From sequence record MN445183.1: a stretch of 64,000 bases of DNA; one strand, written 5' to 3'. The position numbers were made by a program, and so were the translations under genes. The notes under the pieces are model-generated. The model was given only the letters and a program-made list of their open reading frames with translations. It made no database searches and was not told the DNA's origin. Within the stretch, counting starts at the first letter, position 1; every line of letters starts with the position of its first letter. This document shows positions 1 to 9,239 of this stretch, one piece after another.

Positions 1-116
1 ACAGCTCGATCAATTAACCAGTAGCTTTATGCAACCTGGCAGTGATTAATATTAACGATGATTCCGTCTACACGGCTAAGGCTGTGTAACGGAGTCACAT
101 TTATGAGGATTTTAGC

Positions 117-623
117 ATGAACGAAGGTATGGTGTTTAATCTGGCATTGGTGGCAATCGTTTTAATTTTGTCAGCCGCTATCTGGTATCGCGAGCGTAAG
201 ACCAAAAATCCTAATCACTGTGACCCGCAGTTACAGGCGGTGCATGATTATTTGAACGAATCCATTACGACGTTGCTGGCGCAGATGGAGCGTAAGATCG
301 AGGACCATTTCGAAGACGAGTACGACGAAGGCGATTACCTGTTACAAGAACAACTCAGGCGTCAGCGCGACATGGTAACGGATTTCAATGCATTCTGTGT
401 GCATGTTTCTGGTTACCCTGGCTGGGGTCGGTATGTGAAAGCTATCGAAGGCATGGGTATCGATCTGGCTGAACATTGGGACTTAAAACTGACAACCAGT
501 CCAACTGCTGTCAGTACGTTTTCTATCCCGTTGTGCAACGTTGCCCATCTGATTGATAAGTTAACGATCATCAACGACAACAATCAGATGTTGATCGATA
601 TGATCAAAAGCAGCGAGCAGTAA
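117..623 (+). CDS. Hypothetical protein with N-terminal transmembrane anchor
   Basis: 168-aa ORF, GAGGA SD upstream, hydrophobic N-terminus (LALVAIVLILSAAIWY) followed by basic residues. Confidence 0.8.
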   Translation: MNEGMVFNLALVAIVLILSAAIWYRERKTKNPNHCDPQLQAVHDYLNESITTLLAQMERKIEDHFEDEYDEGDYLLQEQLRRQRDMVTDFNAFCVHVSGYPGWGRYVKAIEGMGIDLAEHWDLKLTTSPTAVSTFSIPLCNVAHLIDKLTIINDNNQMLIDMIKSSEQ

Positions 624-678
624 AACTGAACATTGTTTGTCCATAGTTTGAGTTCTAATTTAGCATGAGGGGTAACGG

Positions 679-1170
679 ATGGAACTCGTGTATTTAGCGA
701 TAGGCGTGGTATTAGGTGTTATTGCCACTGCTGTCTACTTTAATCACGACCAGGAAAAGAAACGGGCTGAGATTGTTGAACGTGCACCGATGTCATTTGC
801 TCAGATGTATGCGTATACGTTGGAGCGTTTCAGTGATCCATCAATTCCTCGTTTACGTCAAACCCACACATTGCTGAGGGGTCAAAGAGATCTTCTGGAC
901 GTGTTAGGTGAGGCGGGTGGTATCGTAGAACGGGTACGTGTGCTGTCCAAACAACCTGAACATTTATTGCCAAAGTTCCTGGTTAATTTGCACGATACCG
1001 AGTTTGACAGAAACGGATGTGTTGAACTCTGGGTGGATGTATCCGATGACGTGTCTGAGGTTTATTACCTACGCGGTGAGCATCTCCCTGTGGTGGTTAA
1101 TGTCCTGAGCAACATCAACGCCACTTTTAACAAGCAACTCGTGGTTATGACCAAAGGAATCGTGGAATAG
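679..1170 (+). CDS. Hypothetical protein with N-terminal transmembrane anchor, possible paralog of 117..623
   Basis: 163 aa, GAGGGG SD, N-terminal TM; LRGQRDLL resembles LRRQRDMV in the upstream protein. Confidence 0.8.
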   Translation: MELVYLAIGVVLGVIATAVYFNHDQEKKRAEIVERAPMSFAQMYAYTLERFSDPSIPRLRQTHTLLRGQRDLLDVLGEAGGIVERVRVLSKQPEHLLPKFLVNLHDTEFDRNGCVELWVDVSDDVSEVYYLRGEHLPVVVNVLSNINATFNKQLVVMTKGIVE

Positions 1171-1238
1171 CCCGTTATAATTGCACTGCACATAGTTTGA
1201 GTTTTAACCCAATAATCAAAAACCAGTAAGGTACCGTA

Positions 1239-1508
1239 ATGTCTGTTAGTAAGCGTAAAGTAGCGAACCGTCTGTTAACGTTTCTTATTGTAGGAGGTCT
1301 GGTGTATTTGGTGGTGGCGTTTTTTCTTTTAAATGAGATTGACCAACCGAGTAAACTGGATGCTTTTAAGAAAACCAGCGTTGACAACACCCCTACCTTT
1401 AATCTTACCGAACCGCACACGCAATGTCAGTACGTGTACGACTCCGTAAACAAAAGCATCGTTCAGGCCAAAGGCTTTGAGCATTGCCAATTACCGTCTT
1501 TGAATTAA
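1239..1508 (+). CDS. Small membrane protein
   Basis: 89 aa, TAAGG SD, one TM helix after a basic N-terminus. Confidence 0.75.
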   Translation: MSVSKRKVANRLLTFLIVGGLVYLVVAFFLLNEIDQPSKLDAFKKTSVDNTPTFNLTEPHTQCQYVYDSVNKSIVQAKGFEHCQLPSLN

Positions 1509-1529
1509 CTTGACTCGTAGGGAATTATC

Positions 1530-1868
1530 ATGGAACAAAAGAACAACATTGCTATTCTGATTCTGGGTGATGCGGAGGCGGATAAAACAACCCTTCAACG
1601 CATCATTGGGCAGGCACTGCAAGATGCCGGGGTTAATTACACCCTTGGCACTGATAGCCAGCGTGAAAACAATCTGCTGGGTGCTCATCAGTACGACCAG
1701 GAAGCGGCAGCATTGGATCTTAACAACACCACCACGGTTGTGCTTGAGCAGATTGAAGCAGATAACATCAACAGTTTCGTAAGAGGGTCCCGTGACCCGT
1801 TAATTGGTTATAACGGTTACGAACATAGCTCGGGGTTTAAAATCATTCCGGTGTACAAAGGACTGTAA
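1530..1868 (+). CDS. Hypothetical protein with degenerate P-loop-like N-terminus
   Basis: 112 aa; ILILGDAEADKTT resembles Walker A with a G-to-D change. Confidence 0.75.
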   Translation: MEQKNNIAILILGDAEADKTTLQRIIGQALQDAGVNYTLGTDSQRENNLLGAHQYDQEAAALDLNNTTTVVLEQIEADNINSFVRGSRDPLIGYNGYEHSSGFKIIPVYKGL

Positions 1869-1870
1869 GT

Positions 1871-2374
1871 ATGACTAAACTCGATGAAGTACTCAGCCGG
1901 GTTAATGCGATTGTTCACGCTGAAAACTCCGAACGTTTTGACGAGCTACGGATTGCGGCGGTAGAATCATTTACCTTACTTGATGGATTACTGTGTAAGG
2001 TCTTTAATGCGAGTGATGAAGATCTACGGTCACGTAAAGGCGCACCATCGCCAAGCGATTACAACGAAGGCTTTGCGGGCGTTACTAAGTACGGGATTGA
2101 ACTGTACGCGCCATTTAAGTCTGATAACAGTATCAGTAGTAAAGAAAAGGTTCGCGATATTGATATCGTTGCCACGCTGGTAACCGATAGTTTTATGACA
2201 AAATATCCAGAGTATAAATTTGAACCGTCTATTAACCAGACTGGCGGTTTCTTTATTCTGGTATCGCCGAAACCACCTACACCAGAGTGGAAGATACGGA
2301 CCTTCTTTAAGTTTATGTTTAACCCGTTCTTCCGCCTTAAATGGATTGCTGAACATAGCAATATTAAAGAATAA
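1871..2374 (+). CDS. Hypothetical protein
   Basis: 167-aa ORF tightly packed in the operon. Confidence 0.75.
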   Translation: MTKLDEVLSRVNAIVHAENSERFDELRIAAVESFTLLDGLLCKVFNASDEDLRSRKGAPSPSDYNEGFAGVTKYGIELYAPFKSDNSISSKEKVRDIDIVATLVTDSFMTKYPEYKFEPSINQTGGFFILVSPKPPTPEWKIRTFFKFMFNPFFRLKWIAEHSNIKE

Positions 2375-2384
2375 GGAGGTCATT

Positions 2385-2735
2385 ATGCCTTTTGTTATTT
2401 ATAAAGCCAAGAAGGTCATAATGACCGCTGACCTGTTTATCCAGCTTACGAAAATCCTGCGTAAGAAAAGAAACAACCTGGATAATTTAAGTTACCGTGC
2501 TGTGTATCGACTGGAAGATGATGATACTGGTCTGCTTACATCTGCTCGCGGTACGCTGATTGTTATTCTGTCAGCTAATGGCGGTGAAGATCGCTTTATC
2601 CACCTGTGGGGTGGCGATATCAAAGATATGCTCGATGCTTTCCATCCTGAACTAGAACCCGCTGAACACCGGGTACGTCTTGACCATCAATGTCGTATTG
2701 ATGACTTCCGCGGCATTGCTTATAACCGTTATTGA
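2385..2735 (+). CDS. Hypothetical protein (start revised to ATG 2385)
   Basis: TAAGGAGGT SD just before ATG 2385; 116 aa. Confidence 0.75.
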   Translation: MPFVIYKAKKVIMTADLFIQLTKILRKKRNNLDNLSYRAVYRLEDDDTGLLTSARGTLIVILSANGGEDRFIHLWGGDIKDMLDAFHPELEPAEHRVRLDHQCRIDDFRGIAYNRY

Positions 2736-2745
2736 GGAACTTAAC

Positions 2746-3420
2746 ATGTCAGAACAAAAATACGTTGGCCAGTTAGTGCAACATGATGAAACTGGTGATG
2801 TTACATTGCTGGGCTGGAATTACACCGGCACCACGCGCTTTGAATTACCCGTTGATGGTGTTAACGAAGGTGAACTGGCATTGGTTGATAGTGAGCTTAT
2901 CTATCAGTGGCAGAGTGGTAAATGGGTGTTTGACAATCTCAATACCTACTCGTTGTATATGCTCCAGCAAGAAGAAGCCAACCTGGAATTGATCACTGGC
3001 GCAGCCGATCCTGTTGCCGGTATTGATTTCTCGTCTAAGCCACGTAACGAATGGACCATGGGTAACTGGATTGCCCACGTGGGCGGTAGTATCCGTTCTG
3101 ATCACTTCGTGGTGTTCGGTAGCGTAATGGCTGTTGACATGATGATTCAACAGATCATCAAGAACGTTCTGGGTGTGAAGAAAGAGGGTATCAGTCTCTC
3201 TTTACGCGGTGGGACTGAACTGCAACGCATGATGCTGGCTACGGTTATTACGGGTGCGTTGGAACCTATCACAGTTAACCAGGGTTATAACCTGAAGAAG
3301 TTCATCGAGGCGCAAGGTGAAAACACCCTTACGTTAGAACAAACAATTGTCATTATGGATGCCATTGAAAACAGCGGTGGCATTAATCTCGAAATCGCAG
3401 CGGATAAGGCGGATGAATAA
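2746..3420 (+). CDS. Hypothetical protein (start revised to ATG 2746)
   Basis: GAGGA SD before ATG 2746; stop overlaps the next start (TAATG). Confidence 0.75.
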   Translation: MSEQKYVGQLVQHDETGDVTLLGWNYTGTTRFELPVDGVNEGELALVDSELIYQWQSGKWVFDNLNTYSLYMLQQEEANLELITGAADPVAGIDFSSKPRNEWTMGNWIAHVGGSIRSDHFVVFGSVMAVDMMIQQIIKNVLGVKKEGISLSLRGGTELQRMMLATVITGALEPITVNQGYNLKKFIEAQGENTLTLEQTIVIMDAIENSGGINLEIAADKADE

Positions 3421-5261
3421 TGTTACCTGAATTACGTGCTTACGAAAGACTGTCTCCTGAACTGGTCCTGTTGGCAGAAAGCCACAACACCAACGTAGAA
3501 GGTACGTTGATTACTGACTATCTGGTAACCGGTGCCCGTGGGTATGACTGGCTGTTGCAAATTCACCGTGATGCGGTGATTGTTGATTTCGAAGATATGC
3601 ATGGCTCACTGGCCAATATGAAATCAGCTGTTGATGAACTGGTAGAATACCCGTCCATTATTCGCGTACTCATCCTGGTTGAAGGTGATAAACGCACACC
3701 GATGTTTGTGGTAACCGATCTGGGCGCGGAAGGCCCTGAGATGGTTACAAAGATTAACGCACTCCTGGAAAAGAAGAACAAGACAATGATTGATAAACGT
3801 GTAATTACCCTGAACGTGCCGCTGGATTGCAAAGACCCAGTGGGCTATGTACGTGATGCGGTAGATACTTTCATGGCAACACATGGTGAACCTGGTGTGG
3901 ATTTGGATATCCGGGTAAACCCGAATGATGAAGCGATGCGCAAGCTGCTGCTGGCAGAAGTACCTAACATCAACATCGCAGATGCTTACCCGAAACCGGA
4001 TGAAGCCATCGGCACTGAAGCACCTATTGCGGTTGACATGGTGAAAGAATACACCCCGTTCATTCGTAAGTGGGCTGAAGACCGTAACATCATCGGCGGG
4101 GGTTCTACAACACTCGATCAGTTCATCAAAGGTCTGACTGAAGCGGGTGAGCTCTGGACCCACATCGGTAAAGGTCAGCGTGATCTGATGAAAGATGACG
4201 TAGGCGACGTATATGTCTGCCTGGTCAATGCGGCGGGTAATCTCGACATCAAACTCGAAGAGCACGTTCGTCCGCTCGAAGCCTTTAATGTTCACAGTGG
4301 TCGTCAGCTTTATCAGCGCCGTGGTCTGAAGCGCTATAGTTTGCAGGTCCTGTATGGACTGGCTGCGGTAGCACAATCCATTGAGAATGTGCTGGAAGCT
4401 GACAACGAACGTGATGTCGAGTTCTTCAAGACTGATTTCAGCGAAGCCTGTGCTGACGTGGTTTACGCACTGGAAACCATTGCACTGGAAAACGACTGGT
4501 CGCTGTCTGACTGCGTAATCGAAGCGTACAACGATATTCGCGATAGAAAAGGATTGATGGTAAATGGTACCTTCGTTAAAGAGAAAGATTTTACTGACGT
4601 TATGGTAAGAGCAGCGATCGCTGATGAAAGCACTAAGCCCGCTACACGTGACTATCTGAAAGAGTGGCTACAGAAGAACACCGAAGTTTGCATGCAGGCA
4701 TTGTCTGACGAAACGCAAGAGCATGACGCTTACCTGGTGAAACAAGAAGCGTTGAAGGATGCTGTAAAAGGTATGATCGGTAACATCGAAGGCGATGAGC
4801 TTGTTGTCACCTTGGGTTTATTCGGTTTACCTAACCGCGCGAACGAAGTGTTTATCATCAACCAAGAGAAGCTGAATGCGGACATCGCTAAAATCGTTGG
4901 TACCCACATCGGCGAAATCGGTTCACCCGTCTGCGACAACTCCTCTATTAACACTTGGTTGAACCGCGTTACAACGGTAGAAGTCGATAACAGTGCGGGT
5001 GTGCTGAAAGAAGCCGTGGTCCTCGATCGTGGTGAAAACCAGTACGGCAAGATTCTGGAAGTTGTTGGCCGGGTTAAGCCGTCTGACCGTGCAAGTGAAC
5101 TGTTGGCGGCAAACCACAGCTTTGGCATTCGTTCTGTTGCAGCACCAACAGCCCCATCTTCACCTAAGCTGTCGCATGTAATGGATTTGGTTGGGTTTGA
5201 TCTGGTTATTGAGAACCCGCGCCCGTTTGGTTTTGTTTCTATTCTTGACAAAATTAAGTAA
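3420..5261 (+). CDS. Multidomain protein: MazG-like NTP pyrophosphohydrolase plus C-terminal prohead-protease-like domain
   Basis: DQFIKGLTEAGEL..KDDVGDVYV and CVIEAYNDIRDRKGLMVNGTFVKE match phage MazG-like motifs; C-terminal GEIGSP..VKPS..FGIRS..FDLV resembles prohead proteases. Confidence 0.75.
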   Translation: MLPELRAYERLSPELVLLAESHNTNVEGTLITDYLVTGARGYDWLLQIHRDAVIVDFEDMHGSLANMKSAVDELVEYPSIIRVLILVEGDKRTPMFVVTDLGAEGPEMVTKINALLEKKNKTMIDKRVITLNVPLDCKDPVGYVRDAVDTFMATHGEPGVDLDIRVNPNDEAMRKLLLAEVPNINIADAYPKPDEAIGTEAPIAVDMVKEYTPFIRKWAEDRNIIGGGSTTLDQFIKGLTEAGELWTHIGKGQRDLMKDDVGDVYVCLVNAAGNLDIKLEEHVRPLEAFNVHSGRQLYQRRGLKRYSLQVLYGLAAVAQSIENVLEADNERDVEFFKTDFSEACADVVYALETIALENDWSLSDCVIEAYNDIRDRKGLMVNGTFVKEKDFTDVMVRAAIADESTKPATRDYLKEWLQKNTEVCMQALSDETQEHDAYLVKQEALKDAVKGMIGNIEGDELVVTLGLFGLPNRANEVFIINQEKLNADIAKIVGTHIGEIGSPVCDNSSINTWLNRVTTVEVDNSAGVLKEAVVLDRGENQYGKILEVVGRVKPSDRASELLAANHSFGIRSVAAPTAPSSPKLSHVMDLVGFDLVIENPRPFGFVSILDKIK

Positions 5262-5326
5262 GCATTAAACCGGGAGGGTGTCTGTTAGACGCCCTTCCTT
5301 TATACCCTTGACTTGTAGGAGTAATT

Positions 5327-6331
5327 ATGAACCAGTTCTTCATGCCTGACGCATTAACGTCAGAAATGAACAATGTCAGCTTCATTGCAAAGAGTGGCAA
5401 GTGGCTTGACATTCTTAATAAACACCTGGTGGCCACCCAAGGTAAAGGTAATCCTCGCGATGTCATTAACAGTGACTTGCTAACCAAGAACAAAAACTTT
5501 GAACGGTTGAATCGGGATGTCAAAGCCCGTTATCCCGAGCCCTTGTCTTTGGACGTGTATAATAGCGACATGCCGTTCAGCTGGCTGTGGTATGTGAACA
5601 AGGTTGTGTATCGTATCAGTCGTGAACTGATTGATGCCATTGCGGTACCGGATGACAAGGTGATCGCATTGCCTATTGATCCGTTACTGAACATCCCACA
5701 GTGGGTAACATGTGTGGCATTAAGCTGGGATAAGGGAGGGGTCAAAGACGCCGATGGGCATATCCAGCGTGCACTGATGTACGGCCTGACTAAGATCGGC
5801 GGTAAAGATTACATGATGATCGTGTTGTACATGGAAACTGAAACCGGCCTTATCCAAATGAACATCTACATCGATGTGTCGGCACCTACGATTGGTGAAG
5901 GGTTCGAATGGGCATTGCGTGACTTGCCTAATATCAAACCCAGCGAGTTTGGTCGTACCATGCGCATCACTGAGATGAGTGCCATGATTTGCGACATCAT
6001 TAACATGATCTTGTTCATTAACGGCGAATACCACAAATCGTTAGTTGGTAAATCCACTCGAGTGTGGGAGCAGCCACGTAAAGACCATGGCGGTGGATTC
6101 CGTATTAAACCTCGTCTGGCTACGGTGTTTGCAACAGTAGGTCAAGAGATGGTGGCGACTGTGGACGCGGCTAAACGCGCGCGCACTGAAGGTGGTGAAC
6201 GTCGAGCACATATCCGTCGTGGCCACTGGCATCATTACTGGACAGGTCCACGCGGCTCTAAGCAGACGTATGTACTGCATTGGCTACCGCCTATCATCGT
6301 TTCTGGTGCGGAGCTTGCGGATGATGACTAA
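5327..6331 (+). CDS. AcrVA2/FinQ-family-like protein
   Basis: 334 aa; C-terminal RAHIRRGHWHHYWTG..LHWLPPIIV and central W..VY.I..ELI..LLNIPQW match recalled AcrVA2 motifs. Confidence 0.7.
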   Translation: MNQFFMPDALTSEMNNVSFIAKSGKWLDILNKHLVATQGKGNPRDVINSDLLTKNKNFERLNRDVKARYPEPLSLDVYNSDMPFSWLWYVNKVVYRISRELIDAIAVPDDKVIALPIDPLLNIPQWVTCVALSWDKGGVKDADGHIQRALMYGLTKIGGKDYMMIVLYMETETGLIQMNIYIDVSAPTIGEGFEWALRDLPNIKPSEFGRTMRITEMSAMICDIINMILFINGEYHKSLVGKSTRVWEQPRKDHGGGFRIKPRLATVFATVGQEMVATVDAAKRARTEGGERRAHIRRGHWHHYWTGPRGSKQTYVLHWLPPIIVSGAELADDD

Positions 6332-6479
6332 ATTTTATCTTCGCCTTCGCTGGCGTATGTATGATTATCAACATACACATCCTCTGGTGACACCAGGGGT
6401 GTGGGTTTGTGGTTTGTTGATGCTGGTCATGTGGTTGTGCGACATCGCAGATCTCGTGTTTGGTTTTTATAAAGGATGA
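6321..6479 (+). CDS. Small membrane protein
   Basis: 52 aa from ATG 6321, one hydrophobic segment, fills the gap between flanking genes. Confidence 0.55.
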   Translation: MMTKFYLRLRWRMYDYQHTHPLVTPGVWVCGLLMLVMWLCDIADLVFGFYKG

Positions 6480-6482
6480 TCA

Positions 6483-6941
6483 ATGAAAACGTTAGACAAA
6501 ATTGCGCAGCTTACGGACGCTCAGTTGACCTACGGGTTACTGAAGTATCTTGGTTATGACATCTTTGATTGTGGTGATCATGATGAAACCAGCCCGCATT
6601 GTTGGCCGGGTAATCGTGAGGCAACAGAGATGGCTAGCACCAAAGGCATTGTGACCATTGGGTTGATGGGCGAGATCCACTTTGAAAACAAAGGGGTTAG
6701 TCAGCCTATTCATTATGCTGACGTGGTCGGGATGAACCTCAACCGCATCGTGGTTAATGATGGGGTGTGCGCGGTACGTATCGATGGACACGGGCAGTAT
6801 GTCGTCAGCACCTATATGGGTATGGACCCTGAAGCAACCTGTTACGTACACGGTAGCGACCTGTACAAGGCCCTTTGCTATGGTTTCATCATGTACCACT
6901 GCAACGGAACCTTAGACGTCCCAGATATACTGGTAAAATAA
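6483..6941 (+). CDS. Hypothetical protein, DUF2591/NinX-like
   Basis: N-terminal QLTDAQLTYGLLKYLG and C-terminal KALCYGFIM..GTLDVPDIL resemble recalled DUF2591 ends. Confidence 0.55.
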   Translation: MKTLDKIAQLTDAQLTYGLLKYLGYDIFDCGDHDETSPHCWPGNREATEMASTKGIVTIGLMGEIHFENKGVSQPIHYADVVGMNLNRIVVNDGVCAVRIDGHGQYVVSTYMGMDPEATCYVHGSDLYKALCYGFIMYHCNGTLDVPDILVK

Positions 6942-6944
6942 TAA

Positions 6945-7529
6945 ATGAAAAGAACAAAAAATATCAACCATGACCGTTTCCGTAAGGTACGCCGTTATGG
7001 TACTTTGACTATGGCATTAATGGCAGTATCCGGCGCATTTGTCATGACTGGTTGTGATGAACCCGCAGACCAGCCTGTGGCGATGTACAAGAACTCAGAC
7101 GACTGTGTCAAGGCTAACCCGTCTGAAACCGAGCAGTGTAATAAGGCATGGCAGCGTGCCTTGCAGGAAAGTGACAAGACCGGGCCGAAGTACAACAGCC
7201 AGGGTGAATGCACCGATGAATTTGGTTACGGCCAATGCTACCAAACACACTCCAGTGGTGGTGGGATGGTTTATATGCCATATCCCGGTGGCTTTATGTA
7301 CGGCAACCATGGCTCATACAGCCAGCCATTGTATTCGTCTTCTCGCCCATCCAGTCCAATGTATCGCAGCTTCTCTGATGCCAGTGGACATAACTACGGA
7401 AGTTCTATCTCCGGACGTAACATCATGACCACCCGTAGCAACATCGCGCCAAAAGCTGCAACCACCTCAACCGTAACCCGTGGTGGGTTCGGTCGTTCCG
7501 TATCATCCCATGCCAGCTTTGGAGGCTAA
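6945..7529 (+). CDS. ygiB: YgiB/DUF1190 family lipoprotein
   Basis: MKRTKNINHDRFRK N-terminus, lipobox FVMTGC, Cys pattern DDC..EQC..PKY..C..EFG..QC, C-terminal TVTRGGFG. Confidence 0.85.
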   Translation: MKRTKNINHDRFRKVRRYGTLTMALMAVSGAFVMTGCDEPADQPVAMYKNSDDCVKANPSETEQCNKAWQRALQESDKTGPKYNSQGECTDEFGYGQCYQTHSSGGGMVYMPYPGGFMYGNHGSYSQPLYSSSRPSSPMYRSFSDASGHNYGSSISGRNIMTTRSNIAPKAATTSTVTRGGFGRSVSSHASFGG

Positions 7530-7531
7530 GC

Positions 7532-8197
7532 ATGATCAGTTTTTACCCTTACCCGTTGGAAACAAAGAAAGACATCTCTAACCGCACCAGAAAGATATTT
7601 AAAGACTATCTTAGAAATCGGATTCCGGGCCGCACATTGTCTTACGCGCAGTGGCTTCGTATTTTTGAATACCAAAATTGGTCAGAGAACTGGTTTACCC
7701 GTGAGAAACACATCCGCCGCTACGGCTTTGTTATCCAGACAACGGAAGTGATCAGCCGTCTGTCGTTCTTCTTACGCGGTCTTAATGTACTGGACGTCGG
7801 CGCAGGCGCTGGTTACCTCAGCGAATGCTTGCGTCATCGGGGTACACGTATTACGGCTATCGATAACTTCAGTCATTCCTATTGTGGCGGTGATTCATTC
7901 CGCAAAGTAAGTCGTGGGGTGATTGAATGTGACGTGCGTGATCATGACGTTGCTAAATACCAGGCCGTTATTTTAAGCTGGCCGCATGATGGCATGGAAA
8001 CCCTCAGTAAAATGGTGACCGGTCAGTACTTGATCTACCAAGGTGAAAGTTGGGGTGGTTGCACTGGCAGTGACGAGTTCCATGAATGTCTGAACGATGA
8101 AGAACAGTTTGTGGGAGTGGATGCCGATTTCCTCAATGAATACGCGTTGCAGTTTAGCGGTATTCACGATCGCTGGTATATTTACAGAAAGATGTAA
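7532..8197 (+). CDS. Class I SAM-dependent methyltransferase-like protein
   Basis: VLDVGAGAGY motif I, IAIDN motif II, ILSWP..YQGESWGGCTG. Confidence 0.75.
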   Translation: MISFYPYPLETKKDISNRTRKIFKDYLRNRIPGRTLSYAQWLRIFEYQNWSENWFTREKHIRRYGFVIQTTEVISRLSFFLRGLNVLDVGAGAGYLSECLRHRGTRITAIDNFSHSYCGGDSFRKVSRGVIECDVRDHDVAKYQAVILSWPHDGMETLSKMVTGQYLIYQGESWGGCTGSDEFHECLNDEEQFVGVDADFLNEYALQFSGIHDRWYIYRKM

Positions 8198-8241
8198 TCC
8201 TTTAAACCTCACTGTGGGCAATTGAGCTCCTGGAGACTAAC

Positions 8242-8916
8242 ATGACTATTGAAGTATTGAACCGCGGCTTTGTAATGGCAATTCCGAACGATGAGCATGA
8301 CATGTACCTGCACATCCGTTGCAGCCATAACCACATGGAAGAGTGGAACCACTTTATCCGCATGCAGGATATGGGGTTTAAGAACCTCCGTGGCGAACAC
8401 AACTTTATCGCTAATTCCCACAAGGTGACCTCGCACGATGGTGTGGTGGAAGCCCCTAGTGGAAACATTCAGTTCGAGATCATCGACAGCGTAGTGTACT
8501 TAAAACCCTTCAGTGGAAAGATCCGTGACTACGTGTTCAAAGTCCCGTTGATTCGTTTAGCTGAAACAGTCGGTAGCGAAACCCGACATGGGCGCTGGGA
8601 TGACTATTGCTTGGGTGAAGTTGGTTATAACGGCAAGGTGGTGTACTTCTACAGTCACGTGTTGTTTGATGACGTTATCACTATCACCGACCGTGAATCG
8701 TTTTATGTCCAGATGCATCGCAAAGAATTCGGTTGGACGCGAGGTCAGTTCTATATTACCAATGAGATGTGGCATACGCTCGCTGAAATCCACCGCACTA
8801 ACCCGGAATTCCTGCCACCGCACGACGTACCGGTTACGGCACAAATGTGCAAGATCTTACGCTTCTTCGAATTCGATTCAGTAGAAGCGGTTAAGAAATT
8901 CTTTAACGTATCGTAA
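8242..8916 (+). CDS. Hypothetical protein
   Basis: 224-aa ORF with GGAG SD. Confidence 0.75.
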   Translation: MTIEVLNRGFVMAIPNDEHDMYLHIRCSHNHMEEWNHFIRMQDMGFKNLRGEHNFIANSHKVTSHDGVVEAPSGNIQFEIIDSVVYLKPFSGKIRDYVFKVPLIRLAETVGSETRHGRWDDYCLGEVGYNGKVVYFYSHVLFDDVITITDRESFYVQMHRKEFGWTRGQFYITNEMWHTLAEIHRTNPEFLPPHDVPVTAQMCKILRFFEFDSVEAVKKFFNVS

Positions 8917-8925
8917 GGGCGCATT

Positions 8926-9225
8926 ATGTTGCTTGCCGTAGTATTATTATGGGTGATCCTTATCATTGCCGGGATTGTCCTAGCTTCACTGTTTGTCAGC
9001 GGTGCCTTCACCGGCGCTGGCGCGGTTGCTATGTTAGCGTGCATCGGTGTGATGCTGATCTGCTATAATGGATTAGATCGCATTGATGCCTCTGAAACCT
9101 GTGACGCAATAACGGCCTTAGGTGGACAAGCCTCGTTCGCCTCAGGTAAATGTTTAATCAAGGCTGATGGTGGATTTCCCGTCGATAAGGGAAACAGCCG
9201 TTTCGTCTATTTCACTCAGCAATAA
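8926..9225 (+). CDS. Membrane protein
   Basis: 99 aa with two long hydrophobic segments. Confidence 0.7.
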   Translation: MLLAVVLLWVILIIAGIVLASLFVSGAFTGAGAVAMLACIGVMLICYNGLDRIDASETCDAITALGGQASFASGKCLIKADGGFPVDKGNSRFVYFTQQ

Positions 9226-9239
9226 CTCGGGACTTAATA

